Source: Myxococcales bacterium (GTDB taxonomy: Bacteria > Myxococcota_A > UBA9042). Taken from it: a DNA stretch of 64,000 nucleotides. The translations under genes were made by a program, and so were the position numbers. This document shows, piece by piece, positions 9,203 to 18,986 of the stretch. The stretch's first letter is position 1, and each line of letters starts with the position of its first letter. The DNA is taken from assembly GCA_037441385.1 (NCBI GenBank), contig JBBISH010000006.1, positions 1 to 64,000 of the forward strand. The letters run 5' to 3'. The notes under the pieces were generated by a model, which had not been told where the DNA came from, searched no databases, and saw nothing but the letters and a program-made list of their open reading frames with translations.

Positions 9203-10912
9203 GGCCGAGCGCCGCGGCAAAATGACCACGAATCTTGCGCCTTGGCCATGGCGTCCCGCGTGCAGCTCGACGCGGCCCCGATGCTGGCGAGCGATTTCGC
9301 GTACGACGGCCAGGCCAATTCCCGTGCCGCGCTCTTTGTTCGTCACGAAGGGCTCGAAGATGCGCTCGCGGATGGCCGGTGCCACGCCGCTGCCGCTGTC
9401 TTCCACGGCGATCTCGACCCACTCCTGCAACATTTCTCTAGTTAAATCAACTTGTTGCTTGGACACTTCGATCCATAAGCGTCCGCCCTCGGGCACCGCT
9501 TCGCAGCCGTTGCGGACCAGATTCCACAGCGCCTGCCGCAGCGAAGAGGGGTCGACTTCCACCTCCAAGCCCGATTGCAGCGCCAGGTCGACCTGGACTT
9601 TGCGAAGTTCCAGTTCGGGCGCCAAGAACTCGACCAGCGAGCGAACCAGCCCGGCCGGATCCAGCGCCACCTGCTCGCTCGGCGCGACCCGCGCGCGGTC
9701 CAGGTAGCCGTCGGTCAAGACGCGCAAGCGCTCGATCTCGGCGCCGATGCTCGCCAAAAGCTCGCGGGCCTCGCCGCGGTCCAGTGCCCCTTCGCGCGAC
9801 AGTTCCTCGTCGAGCAGCTCGGCGTTGAGACCGATGGACGACAGGGGGTTGCGCACTTCGTGGGCCATGCGCGCGGCGATCTGGCCTAGTGCTCCCAGGC
9901 GCTCGGCGCGCTGCAATTCGTCGCGCTGGCTCGACAGTTCTTTTTCCCGCTCGGCCAAGGCATTGGCCATGCTGTTCCACTCTTCGGCCAGGGTGGCGAT
10001 CTCGGCGGGACCGCGGCTCACCGCCCGCACTTTGCGCTCGCCACTGGCAAACCGCCGCACCACCTCGGTCAGCGCCGCCAACGGACGCAGCGCCACCACC
10101 GACCACAGCAGCATCAGCACCGACATGGCCAGCGCCAGGGCCGACGCCACCACCACCAGCCACACCAAGTTGGCTTCGGCGCGCTCGGCATCCTCGAAGC
10201 GGGCCGTCAAACCGCGCTCGAAGGCGAGCTGAGCTCGTTCCAGGCCACCCTGGATATGGCGAATCATTCTGCGAAGTTCAACGACAAGCCGCGCCGAATC
10301 GGCGACGCGCCGCTCGGCCATCGAGCGCTGCAAGGCCGCCGTGATCGCGTCGTAGGCCTGGGCATCGCCCGCCGCGTCGCGCAGATCGCCCAGCAGCGCC
10401 TGCATCTCGCGGTCGCGGCGCAGCTGGGTCAGGGCTTGGTTGCCGCTCCGCACCTTGGCCAATTCGGCGTCGAGCAGTGGCAGCGGCGGCGCTTGGCGGC
10501 TGACCAGCTGGGCCAAGCGCGGCGGATCGGCCAGCAGAGCCATCTGGCGGGCGTGCGCCAGCAACTGATCCACGCGCTGATACGGCCGGGCGTTGGGCAG
10601 CAGGCGCACCACCCAATCCAGGTCCTGGGGCGCGGCGCGTTGCAGAGCCTCGTCGAAGGCACGCAACTCTGCGGTCGCTTGGCGCAATTCGTCTAGCAGC
10701 GGCAGTGCGCGCGCGCGCAGAAAGGTCAGTTCGTGGCGCAAGGCCGCCACCGTAGCGATGGCATAGAGCGAACTGCCACCGGTGCACAGGATGATCAGGG
10801 CAAAGGCCATGAAAATGCGGGTCGGCAGCGACCAACGCAGCTTGCGGCGGCCTTTGCCGTCAGCGTCGCCTGGCAGCTTGTGCGTCACGGCGGCATCGGA
10901 CCTCGCAGCCAA
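9194..10912 (-). CDS. Membrane sensor histidine kinase (HAMP, HisKA, HATPase); start may be GTG at 10888
   Basis: Two TM segments, HAMP, AHEVRNPL H-box, NLVRNG, DSGSG, FEPFVT, GTGIGL. Confidence 0.9.
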   Translation of the reverse strand: MAARSDAAVTHKLPGDADGKGRRKLRWSLPTRIFMAFALIILCTGGSSLYAIATVAALRHELTFLRARALPLLDELRQATAELRAFDEALQRAAPQDLDWVVRLLPNARPYQRVDQLLAHARQMALLADPPRLAQLVSRQAPPLPLLDAELAKVRSGNQALTQLRRDREMQALLGDLRDAAGDAQAYDAITAALQRSMAERRVADSARLVVELRRMIRHIQGGLERAQLAFERGLTARFEDAERAEANLVWLVVVASALALAMSVLMLLWSVVALRPLAALTEVVRRFASGERKVRAVSRGPAEIATLAEEWNSMANALAEREKELSSQRDELQRAERLGALGQIAARMAHEVRNPLSSIGLNAELLDEELSREGALDRGEARELLASIGAEIERLRVLTDGYLDRARVAPSEQVALDPAGLVRSLVEFLAPELELRKVQVDLALQSGLEVEVDPSSLRQALWNLVRNGCEAVPEGGRLWIEVSKQQVDLTREMLQEWVEIAVEDSGSGVAPAIRERIFEPFVTNKERGTGIGLAVVREIARQHRGRVELHAGRHGQGARFVVILPRRSACG

Positions 10913-10987
10913 ATCGCTCTTGTTGCAAATCCGCTAGAGTCAGAGCGAAAACCACGCTACGTCGCCCGGCGCGAGCTGGGCTGCGCA

Positions 10988-12070
10988 TCAGAACGGCAGG
11001 GTCTCGACCACTTCGGCCTTGCGCCGCAGTTCCTGAACGATCCTCCGCTCTTCCAAGAAGGCCTTGCGCGACAGTAGCGAGCGGCGGATTTCCTCGCGGA
11101 CTTCGCCGTAGGTCTTGTTGCGCTGTTCGTTCTTCTCGATCAGGCGAATCACGTAGTAGCCCCAGCGGGTGCGGATCGGCTGGGCAATGTCGCCCACCTT
11201 CATCTCAAAGGCCACCTTCTCCAAGTCGCTGTCGGTGCTGCCCTTCAGGATGTGCAGAGGTGGCTGGGCGCCGTCGCCGAATTCCTTGGCCACTAGTTCG
11301 AAATCTTGGCCCTTTTTCAACGCTTCGTAGGCGCTCTTGGCCCGCTGCGCTGCCTTGTCGCGTTCGCTGGGCTGGGCGTCAGCCGCCACGCGAACTACGA
11401 TGGCCCGCACGTCGCGCGAGGCCTGCTCGACAAACGACGTGGGGTTGCCGTCAAAGAACTGCTTCATCTCGGCTTCGCTGACGTCGACCTTGCCGAGTTT
11501 CTCCGTCAGCTTCTGGCCCAGCTTTTGTTGGCGCAGTTGCTCCTTGACCTCGGCGATGCTGCGGCGGGTGCGCTTGAGTTCAGACGCCAGTCCGGCCTCG
11601 TCGACCTTGCCATTCTCGTCGGCAAAGCGCCGCGTATAGTCGCTCCAGACTTCGTCGAGTTCGGCCTGGGTGACCTCGATGTTGTTTTGCGCGATGGCCT
11701 GCTCGCGCAGCTCGTTTTCGACCAGGCGGCCGATGATGCTGTGGGCGATGCGGCGCAGGCGATCGGTGGGGATCTTGGCGCCAGGGCCGATCAGCTTGTC
11801 GAGCTCTGCGTTGAACTTTTCGGGGGCAATCGGCTTGCCGTTGACGGTCGCCACCGGAGCCACGGCGCGAAATGGCGCGGCGCTCTCGCCCTCTGGCGGC
11901 GCTTGGGTCGGCGTGGCCGCGGCGGGCATGGCTGGCGGGGTGGCTGCGGCGACGACGGGCGCGGGTGCGCTGGTCGGGCGGCTGCAGGCGGCCACAACGG
12001 TACAGCCAAGGACCATGGGACCAAAGGCGACAAGCCGGGCTGCGCTTGGGATGCGCGTCAAAAACAGCAT
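10988..12070 (-). CDS. SurA/PrsA-like parvulin peptidyl-prolyl isomerase, lipoprotein
   Basis: VAAC lipobox, VATVNGKPI SurA N-domain, DFELVAKEF ... PIRTRWGYYVI. Confidence 0.8.
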   Translation of the reverse strand: MLFLTRIPSAARLVAFGPMVLGCTVVAACSRPTSAPAPVVAAATPPAMPAAATPTQAPPEGESAAPFRAVAPVATVNGKPIAPEKFNAELDKLIGPGAKIPTDRLRRIAHSIIGRLVENELREQAIAQNNIEVTQAELDEVWSDYTRRFADENGKVDEAGLASELKRTRRSIAEVKEQLRQQKLGQKLTEKLGKVDVSEAEMKQFFDGNPTSFVEQASRDVRAIVVRVAADAQPSERDKAAQRAKSAYEALKKGQDFELVAKEFGDGAQPPLHILKGSTDSDLEKVAFEMKVGDIAQPIRTRWGYYVIRLIEKNEQRNKTYGEVREEIRRSLLSRKAFLEERRIVQELRRKAEVVETLPF

Positions 12071-12174
12071 GATCCTCCAACCGGGGCCAGTGGGCGCCAA
12101 GCGCCGCGGCCGCTAAGTCTGCCCGGCCCCTCCCAACCCTGCAAGCCGCGCTTGCTGCCCGCTATTCCCGCGGC

Positions 12175-12229
12175 AAAAAACGCGAACGCCGCTCGGCAAG
12201 CCGGCCAAGAGCCAACGTGCCGAACGGCG
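12175..12229 (-). terminator. Intrinsic terminator after the outer-membrane protein gene
   Basis: Minus strand: GCCGTTCGGCA...TGCCGAGCGGC stem followed by TTCGCGTTTTTT. Confidence 0.55.
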
Positions 12230-12271
12230 CAAGCAGGAGGTCAGGCTAGCAAGGCCAGCAAGCCCAAGGGC

Positions 12272-13573
12272 TTACCAGCGGTAGCCCAGCGCCCAGTCCA
12301 CCGCGAACGGGCTGGTGGCCGCGCCGGTGGCGGCGTAGACGCCGTTGTTGAAGAAGCTGGGGTTGACGTTCAGGTCCAGATCCCAGCCCATCAGCTTGAA
12401 GCCCATGCCGGTGGTGACGGTGTTGACGACCGTCGAGGTGTGGGTCTCGTTCGACGGAGCCGGGTTGTTGGCGGTGTTGCCGATGTTGGTCGAGATGACC
12501 TGCTGGCGAGCGCCCAGGCGCAGGACCATCCAGTCAAAGGCCTTGGCCTCGGCGGCGAAGCCGTAGTACGGGATGACGCGGCTGGAGGTCGAGTCCAGGT
12601 TGACGATGTTGACCGGGCCCTGGGGCACGTTGACCGAGTTGCCGCTGACGCTGCTGGTGGCGAAGGCCAGGCCCAGGCCCGGCTGAATCAGGACGCCCTC
12701 GACGGGCTGGATGGCCAGATCGGTACCGACCTGCAGCACGGTGAGGGCCGAGCTGCCCTGCTTGGCGCCCGAGCCGTCGTTGTAGGTGGCGTGGACGACG
12801 TTGCGGGTGTCGTAGGCAAAGTTCAGGTAGGGCACGATCTTGGCGATCTGGTGCACCTGGAACTCACCCTTGAACAGCATGCCAAAGCGCAGCAGGCTGC
12901 CGGGCTGGTACAGATCGCCCTGGTCGCCCTGGAAGACGAACGAACCCAAGCGCAGATCCAGACCGAAGTCCAGGCTGTTGGTCTCGCTCAGATCAAAGCC
13001 CAAGCCCGCGCCCAGTTGGAACAGCGTGTTGTTGCGGGTCTTGTTGCCGCTGGCGTTGTTGCCGCCCAGCGAGGCGTGGGCGCCCAAGCGCAGCGACTCG
13101 CCGGCCTTCATGCCAAAGCCGATGCCGAACTGGTGGTTGGTGGGGTCGATCGGCGGGTTGTTGTAGCCCGAGGCCTGGCCCGTGGTCTTGCCGGCCACCG
13201 AGTTGACGTTGACCACCGGCTGCCACGTCGAGCGCTTGCCGTAGATGAGCAGCACCGCGTCGTCGCTCAGGGCGTAGCGGATGTTCATGGTGCCGTACTT
13301 GGCGCCGCTGGTCGCGTCCGAGTCGACGCTGTTCTTGTAGGTGGGCAGGAACTGCGGCAGCTGGTAGATGTTGGCCGAGTCGCGGATCGTGATCGACTTC
13401 TCGTTGAGGAGGACATCGGCGCCGGTGGGGGCCGCGGTGATGTCGCCGGTGACCTGCACGTTGCCGCCGCTGAGGCCGTTGATACGCGAGTCGGTGGCCA
13501 TCGCCGAGCCGGCCGCGCCGACCACGCCCAAACCGAGCGCAGCCAGAGAGGTCCACTTCATCAAATTCTTCAT
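12272..13573 (-). CDS. Probable abundant outer-membrane beta-barrel protein
   Basis: Signal peptide, amphipathic beta strands, C-terminal beta-signal DWALGYRW, strongly biased codon use, AGGAG RBS. Confidence 0.7.
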   Translation of the reverse strand: MKNLMKWTSLAALGLGVVGAAGSAMATDSRINGLSGGNVQVTGDITAAPTGADVLLNEKSITIRDSANIYQLPQFLPTYKNSVDSDATSGAKYGTMNIRYALSDDAVLLIYGKRSTWQPVVNVNSVAGKTTGQASGYNNPPIDPTNHQFGIGFGMKAGESLRLGAHASLGGNNASGNKTRNNTLFQLGAGLGFDLSETNSLDFGLDLRLGSFVFQGDQGDLYQPGSLLRFGMLFKGEFQVHQIAKIVPYLNFAYDTRNVVHATYNDGSGAKQGSSALTVLQVGTDLAIQPVEGVLIQPGLGLAFATSSVSGNSVNVPQGPVNIVNLDSTSSRVIPYYGFAAEAKAFDWMVLRLGARQQVISTNIGNTANNPAPSNETHTSTVVNTVTTGMGFKLMGWDLDLNVNPSFFNNGVYAATGAATSPFAVDWALGYRW

Positions 13574-13879
13574 CGGTTTACTCCTGTGTTCGCTGCGCTA
13601 CTGCGCCCCTTTTGCGGCCTTTGCCGATCCGCTCCGGCCATGGAAGTTTGCGCCTAATCCCTCGCAGGTCGTGGTCGAGAGCGCGTGCGCGGGCGGCGAA
13701 GTACCACAATCGCGCGACGTTTTCAAACGCCTGCCCTAGTATGGTGCCGCAATGCCATGCTCCGTCAACATTTTTGCTTACACAAGCCCGCGCCAGTCGA
13801 CCTCACTTGGGTGCTGCGCTATGGTGTCGACCTGGGTCTGGGCTCGCAGTGGCGGGCGGTGGAGGGCACGGTGCGAGTC

Positions 13880-15007
13880 ATGCGGCGCTTTGGTCTGCTC
13901 ACGGGCGGCGGCGATTGTCCGGGCCTCAATGCAGTGATTTGGTCGGTGGTTCGCGGTGCGGCGCAAGCGGGCGTGGAGATCGTCGGCGTCGTCGACGGGT
14001 TCGAAGGCCTGGTCGGCGGCGAAAACGGCCTGAACACGCGGATCTTGGGCGCGGTTGATGTGCGCAACATCTTCAATCAGGGCGGCACGGTCTTGGGAAC
14101 GACCAACCGCGGCAACCCGTTCAAGTATCTGACGGTGCGCGACGGCCAGAGCACGGTCGAGGACCGCGGCGACGAAGTGGTCGCCAACATCGCCCGGCTG
14201 GGGCTAGAGGGGCTGATCGCCATTGGCGGCGACGGGTCGCTGGCCATCGCCCACGAACTGGCCGAGCGCGGCGCGCGCGTGATCGGCGTGCCCAAGACCA
14301 TCGACAACGATTTGGCCTCTACGGACACCACCTTTGGATTCTACACCGCGGTCGAAGTGGCGATGGACGCCCTGGACCGCCTGCGCACCACCGGCGAGTC
14401 GCACGATCGCGTCATGATCTTAGAGGTGATGGGCCGCTATGCCGGTTGGATTGCCCTGCACGCTGGTCTGGTCGGCGGTGCCCACGTGGTGCTGATGCCA
14501 GAAATTCCCTATGATCTCAATGTTGTCATGGGTCGCATTCGCCAACGGTGGCACGAAGAAAGGCGCAACTTCACGCTGATCGTCGTGGCCGAGGGCGCCT
14601 TCCCGGCCGGCGGCCAGACCTCGCTGCTCGAAGCGCCGACCGCGGGCAAGGTGGCGCGGCTCGGCGGTGCGGCCCACCAACTGGAAGCCGCGTTGCGCGA
14701 GGCGTTCGCGCAAAACTGGGATCGGCCCACGGTGCCCGAAGTGCGCACCACGGTGCTGGGTCACATCCAGCGCGGTGGCTCGCCGTGTGCCTATGATCGC
14801 TTGATTTCTCTGCGGTTTGGCGCCGAGGCGGTGCGCCTGGCCCTGGCCGGCGAGTGGGGCAAGATGGTGTGTCTACGCGGGACACAGATCGAATCCGTGC
14901 CGCTGGTCGACGGGATTCGCAAGCCGCACATGGTCGAGACGACCAGCCAACTGGTACGCCACGCTCGCGGAGTGGGCATCTGCTTGGGCGACGCGCATCG
15001 CGCCTGA
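13880..15007 (+). CDS. pfkA: 6-phosphofructokinase (group III type; GGDG and PKTIDND)
   Basis: LTGGGDCPGLN, GGTVLGT, GGDGS, PKTIDND, EVMGRYAG, LGHIQRGG. Confidence 0.93.
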   Translation: MRRFGLLTGGGDCPGLNAVIWSVVRGAAQAGVEIVGVVDGFEGLVGGENGLNTRILGAVDVRNIFNQGGTVLGTTNRGNPFKYLTVRDGQSTVEDRGDEVVANIARLGLEGLIAIGGDGSLAIAHELAERGARVIGVPKTIDNDLASTDTTFGFYTAVEVAMDALDRLRTTGESHDRVMILEVMGRYAGWIALHAGLVGGAHVVLMPEIPYDLNVVMGRIRQRWHEERRNFTLIVVAEGAFPAGGQTSLLEAPTAGKVARLGGAAHQLEAALREAFAQNWDRPTVPEVRTTVLGHIQRGGSPCAYDRLISLRFGAEAVRLALAGEWGKMVCLRGTQIESVPLVDGIRKPHMVETTSQLVRHARGVGICLGDAHRA

Positions 15008-15053
15008 GCAGCGAACCCGCAACCCCGTTTGCCTTCGACCGGCTCAGCAACAA

Positions 15054-15707
15054 TCAAGGGGCTTCGATGGCGCGCAGACTGAAGCAGACCCGCCGCGCCA
15101 ACTCGGCGTATGCGGGTGGCGCGCTGCACACTGCGACGCGGCCCAGGGCGCCTGCCGGCAGGCCGACCCACAGCTCTTGCACCGGGCCGACGGGGCGTTT
15201 GCGTACCCACAGCAAACCGCTGGAATCCTTGCCTTTGTCGTCGATCTGCCCTACGGACAGCTCGCTTGCCGCGGTGGCCAACTCGGCCAGATCGTGCAGC
15301 GGCCGCCGGCTCACGGTTACGCGCAGACCATAGGTCGAGCCGACGATGCCGCGCTCGAACGTCCAGGTTTCGTCTTGCCCGGCGCCGCTGGCCAAGGCGG
15401 TACACGGCTCGGGCAGCTCCAATTGCACGCTCAGGTCATCGATCGGGTGCAGCTTTAGGCTGGGCAGCAAGTCGCTGGCCGATTGCGGCGCGCCTTCTGG
15501 CGTCCCGTTCAGGGGCAATTGCGTCGAGGTACTGCCGCCCGGATTGTCGGTCGGCACTGCCTGACCCTGTTCGGGTTGCCAATTCGGATCGGCCATCGGG
15601 GTCGGCGCCGGCCGTTGGTCAGGGGGAGGTGGCTCGCGGCACGCCAGCAGGCTGATCACCGTCGCCGCCGCCAGCCGTCCTGCCCACCGTCTTTTGCACT
15701 GCGCCAT
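15054..15707 (-). CDS. Hypothetical lipoprotein
   Basis: LLAC lipobox followed by Pro-rich linker; fills the gap between pfkA and the next gene. Confidence 0.55.
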   Translation of the reverse strand: MAQCKRRWAGRLAAATVISLLACREPPPPDQRPAPTPMADPNWQPEQGQAVPTDNPGGSTSTQLPLNGTPEGAPQSASDLLPSLKLHPIDDLSVQLELPEPCTALASGAGQDETWTFERGIVGSTYGLRVTVSRRPLHDLAELATAASELSVGQIDDKGKDSSGLLWVRKRPVGPVQELWVGLPAGALGRVAVCSAPPAYAELARRVCFSLRAIEAP

Positions 15708-15883
15708 CGCTCGCCTCGCCCGTTGCCCCCAGCGGCGCGGCAATTGTGCTGACCAGCAGCGCCCGCTTGTCAACCGGGCCTTGGGCAAGAGCGGTCCGTG
15801 ACGCGCACGTGACGCCACACGGTCCCTTGGGTTTGGCGCGCGGGCTCGCTAGGGGCTAGTTTGCACAGCAAGGAGGAAACACC

Positions 15884-16378
15884 ATGAACCGCCACCACGC
15901 CAGCCCGGCGCACAGCGATCCGGTCGAAACCTTTGAAAAAATCGAACGAATCGAGCTCATCGCCGCCGAACTGTTCCACTTGCTGGCGGCGCGCTTTGCC
16001 GACCAACCCGAGCGGGCCGAGTTGTTCATTCGTCTAGAAAAGCAAGAAATTCAACACGCTCTGCGCGTTCGCATGGCCTGCCGCGACTTCTTGGTCGAAC
16101 ACGGCCGCAATGGCAGCTGGCAGCTCGACGAAGCCAAGCTGGACGCGATGATCCTGCAGGGCGAACAAGCGCTGGAGCGGTTTGCCGGCGAGCGCCCCAA
16201 GATCAGCTTTGACGAAGCGCTGGCCGTGACGCAGCGGCTAGAGAGCGAACTGGCTGGCAGTCACGCCGCCCTGACCGAGGCCGAGAGCGACCCGCACCTC
16301 AAGGCGTTCTTTGCGCTGTTGTCCGAGCAGGATCGGGCGCTGCAGAAGGCTTTGGCGGCCAAACGCGCGGCCAAGTAG
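15884..16378 (+). CDS. Ferritin-like / rubrerythrin-family protein
   Basis: AGGAGG RBS; IE...AAELF...LF..L...EIQH pattern. The second ExxH is degenerate (EQDR). Confidence 0.65.
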   Translation: MNRHHASPAHSDPVETFEKIERIELIAAELFHLLAARFADQPERAELFIRLEKQEIQHALRVRMACRDFLVEHGRNGSWQLDEAKLDAMILQGEQALERFAGERPKISFDEALAVTQRLESELAGSHAALTEAESDPHLKAFFALLSEQDRALQKALAAKRAAK

Positions 16379-16393
16379 CCGCGGCCGCGCCAA

Positions 16394-16525
16394 TACGGAA
16401 TCCGTTCGAATCCGATCGCAACCTCTGGAAAATCCGCGGGCCCGAACCGGGGTCCCCGCATGATTCTCGCCATTTGCCGAACGGGTCACGGCAGCCGTAC
16501 AGGCGTGAATCAGGTGGGGTGCATA
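16394..16525 (-). mobile_element. Family B element copy 3
   Basis: 132 bp, TA at both ends, abuts the stop codon of the HEAT-repeat gene. Confidence 0.75.
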
Positions 16526-18853
16526 TTACGGGTTCGCCTTGCACTGCTCGGCTTTCTTCTTGAGCGGCTCGGGCACGTCGGCCGTGGCGATAAAGTCCTT
16601 CAAGTAGCGGACCTTGATGTCCTTGGCGTCGCCGCCCGGGATGCCGCACATGGCGTCCAGGGCCTTCTCGCGGACTTCGTTGTCCGAGTCGCCAAAGAAA
16701 TTCGCGATCGCGTCCATCGCTTCGACCAGCTTGCTGGCGCCCAGCGCGGCGATCGCCGCCAGCTTGACCGGCTTGCTGTTGTCAAAAGCCGCCTGACGCA
16801 GGCCCTCGATGTCGGACACCGCGGTCTTTTCGCTCAGGGCCTGCACGCAGAACAGACGCACCTGGCTGTCGTTGGTCTCCATGCCCTTCAGGAAAATCCC
16901 GCGCAGTTCCTTGCTGTTCTCTGGCGTACGCAGGATCAGCAGCGCTTCGAACACGGCGCGCTTGACCTCGACATCGGGCTGGCGGGTAAAGCTGACCAGC
17001 TTGGGCACGGCCGCATAGACCTTGCGCTTGCCAAGCCCCTTGATCGCCTCGACTTTCACCTTGCGATCGGTGTCGGTCATCATCTCTTCCAGCACGGCCA
17101 CGGCCTCGGCGTACTTCTCGCTGGCGTTGGTCAGCGCGTAGCACACGTGCATGCGCACTTCGGCGTCGGGATCCTTCTTCATTTCGGCCAGATCGCGGGC
17201 GATGCCGTCGTCTTGCAGCCGCGACAGCGCGAACACCGCCGACCGCTTGATGTTGACATCCGCGTCCTTGCGCGCCTCTTGCAAGATCGCCACCACGTCC
17301 GGGCGCGGCCGGCTGCCCTTGGCGAATTCGGCCAGGGCGCGGATCGCCATCTGCCGCACGGTCACGTTCTTGCTGCTGACCAGGCCCTTGACCTTGTCCA
17401 GCGACAGCGACGCCAGGATCTCGCTGGCCGTCTTCAGCATCACTTCCTTGTCGCGGGCCTTGGCGTCGGCGGCGTCGGCCAGCGGCGTGATCGCCCGCTC
17501 GTCCTTCAGGGTGGCCAGGGCCTCGGCGGCGGCGGCGCGCACTTCGGCCGAATCGTCTTTCAGCGCTTCGATCAGCGTGGGCGTGGCGGTCTTGGCGCCG
17601 CGCTTGCCGTAGGTCTGGCAGGCCAGGATCTTGCCCGGCGCCTTGGCCTTGGTGATCAGGTACTGCAGCGCGTCTTCTTGCGCGGCCGGCGAACCCGACT
17701 CGACGAGCACGGCGGCGATCTGTTCGCGCATTTCGGCCGAGAGCATGTCGCCCTTCATCGCGCTGTGGAGCAGGTCGAATTGCTTCATGTCTTTGAGCGC
17801 TTGGAACGCGGCGTCGCGCACGCCCCGGTCGCTGTGCGACAGCGCGCCCACCAGCGCCGGGCCGGCGATCTTGACCTGGGTCGACTTGGCCAGGCGATCG
17901 ACGGCCTCCATCGCTTCTTTGGCCGAGCCGGTCTTCAGCTTCTCGCTTTCCAGCAAGTCTGCGTATTTGTTCACGCCGCTCTTGGACAGCGCCTTGACCG
18001 CGCGCAGCTTCAGCTCGGCATCGGCGTCGTTCTCGATGAGCTTCTCCAACTGGGCGATTACGGACTTGTTCCCAGCAAAACCAGCGGCGATCACGGCGTC
18101 CAGGGCCAGCGAGCGCACTTGCGGCGAGCCATCTTCCAGGGCGGGCGCGGCGTCGTCGGCCTTGAGGCGTACGGCTTCGCGCACCTTGCCGTCGGCGACG
18201 GCTTCCAGCACGGCCATCTTGGGCCGCATGGCCGCGCCGGCCACCGCGTCGACCAGGATCTTCTTGATCGCCGGGTCGCCCTTGGCCAAGCGTTTGAACA
18301 CCTCGGCCGCCGGCACCGGCTGTTCGGCCACGACCGCGAAACTGCCGGTCAGCAAAGCCGGTTGATCGTAGAAGCGCAGCAGATCCCAGACCGGCAGCAG
18401 CGTCACGCTGGCGCCGTAGCCCAAGTCGGACAGCCGGACGGCGTCGCGCAAGTACGGCGTGGCGATCAACTCGCTAAAGCCCATCGCCGCCAGGTTCCAG
18501 TAGACCTCGGCCACCACCTGATCGGCGTCGGCGACTTTGTCCAGCACCAGCGTGGCCTTGCTGCCCGAGTCGAGGCGTAGCGACGTCGCCCCGTAGGCCT
18601 TGGGGGCGCGGGCGCGCAGCGCTTCAAAAGCCTTGGTCGGCCGCGTCGACGGGCCGGCATCAGCCAGGGCCTTGTTCGCCACGGGCACGATCATCGGCAC
18701 GGTCACGCCGCCTTGATCGATCGGCTCCAGCACGTACAGCATGGCTTCGGCTTTTTCGACCGCCGCGGCGCTCGCTACCAGGGCCGGCGCCACGGTCACC
18801 GTCGCCATCGCGGCGACCACGGTTGCTGCCAAGCTGGCCATCTTCTTCTGCAT
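16526..18853 (-). CDS. Exported HEAT-repeat protein
   Basis: Signal peptide; many L..AL.D....VR..A..AL repeats; AGGAG RBS. Confidence 0.85.
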   Translation of the reverse strand: MQKKMASLAATVVAAMATVTVAPALVASAAAVEKAEAMLYVLEPIDQGGVTVPMIVPVANKALADAGPSTRPTKAFEALRARAPKAYGATSLRLDSGSKATLVLDKVADADQVVAEVYWNLAAMGFSELIATPYLRDAVRLSDLGYGASVTLLPVWDLLRFYDQPALLTGSFAVVAEQPVPAAEVFKRLAKGDPAIKKILVDAVAGAAMRPKMAVLEAVADGKVREAVRLKADDAAPALEDGSPQVRSLALDAVIAAGFAGNKSVIAQLEKLIENDADAELKLRAVKALSKSGVNKYADLLESEKLKTGSAKEAMEAVDRLAKSTQVKIAGPALVGALSHSDRGVRDAAFQALKDMKQFDLLHSAMKGDMLSAEMREQIAAVLVESGSPAAQEDALQYLITKAKAPGKILACQTYGKRGAKTATPTLIEALKDDSAEVRAAAAEALATLKDERAITPLADAADAKARDKEVMLKTASEILASLSLDKVKGLVSSKNVTVRQMAIRALAEFAKGSRPRPDVVAILQEARKDADVNIKRSAVFALSRLQDDGIARDLAEMKKDPDAEVRMHVCYALTNASEKYAEAVAVLEEMMTDTDRKVKVEAIKGLGKRKVYAAVPKLVSFTRQPDVEVKRAVFEALLILRTPENSKELRGIFLKGMETNDSQVRLFCVQALSEKTAVSDIEGLRQAAFDNSKPVKLAAIAALGASKLVEAMDAIANFFGDSDNEVREKALDAMCGIPGGDAKDIKVRYLKDFIATADVPEPLKKKAEQCKANP

Positions 18854-18986
18854 TTGCGCTCCTGCCTAGTTCGGGCGGACTGGTCCGCAGCCCAATAGGA
18901 TCCGCGAAACGGCCGGGGGGATCAATCCCTTGCTGTGCGTCGGGTCGCCGCTGCCGGCGTCCGCTCCTGCTACGACGCATGTCCAG

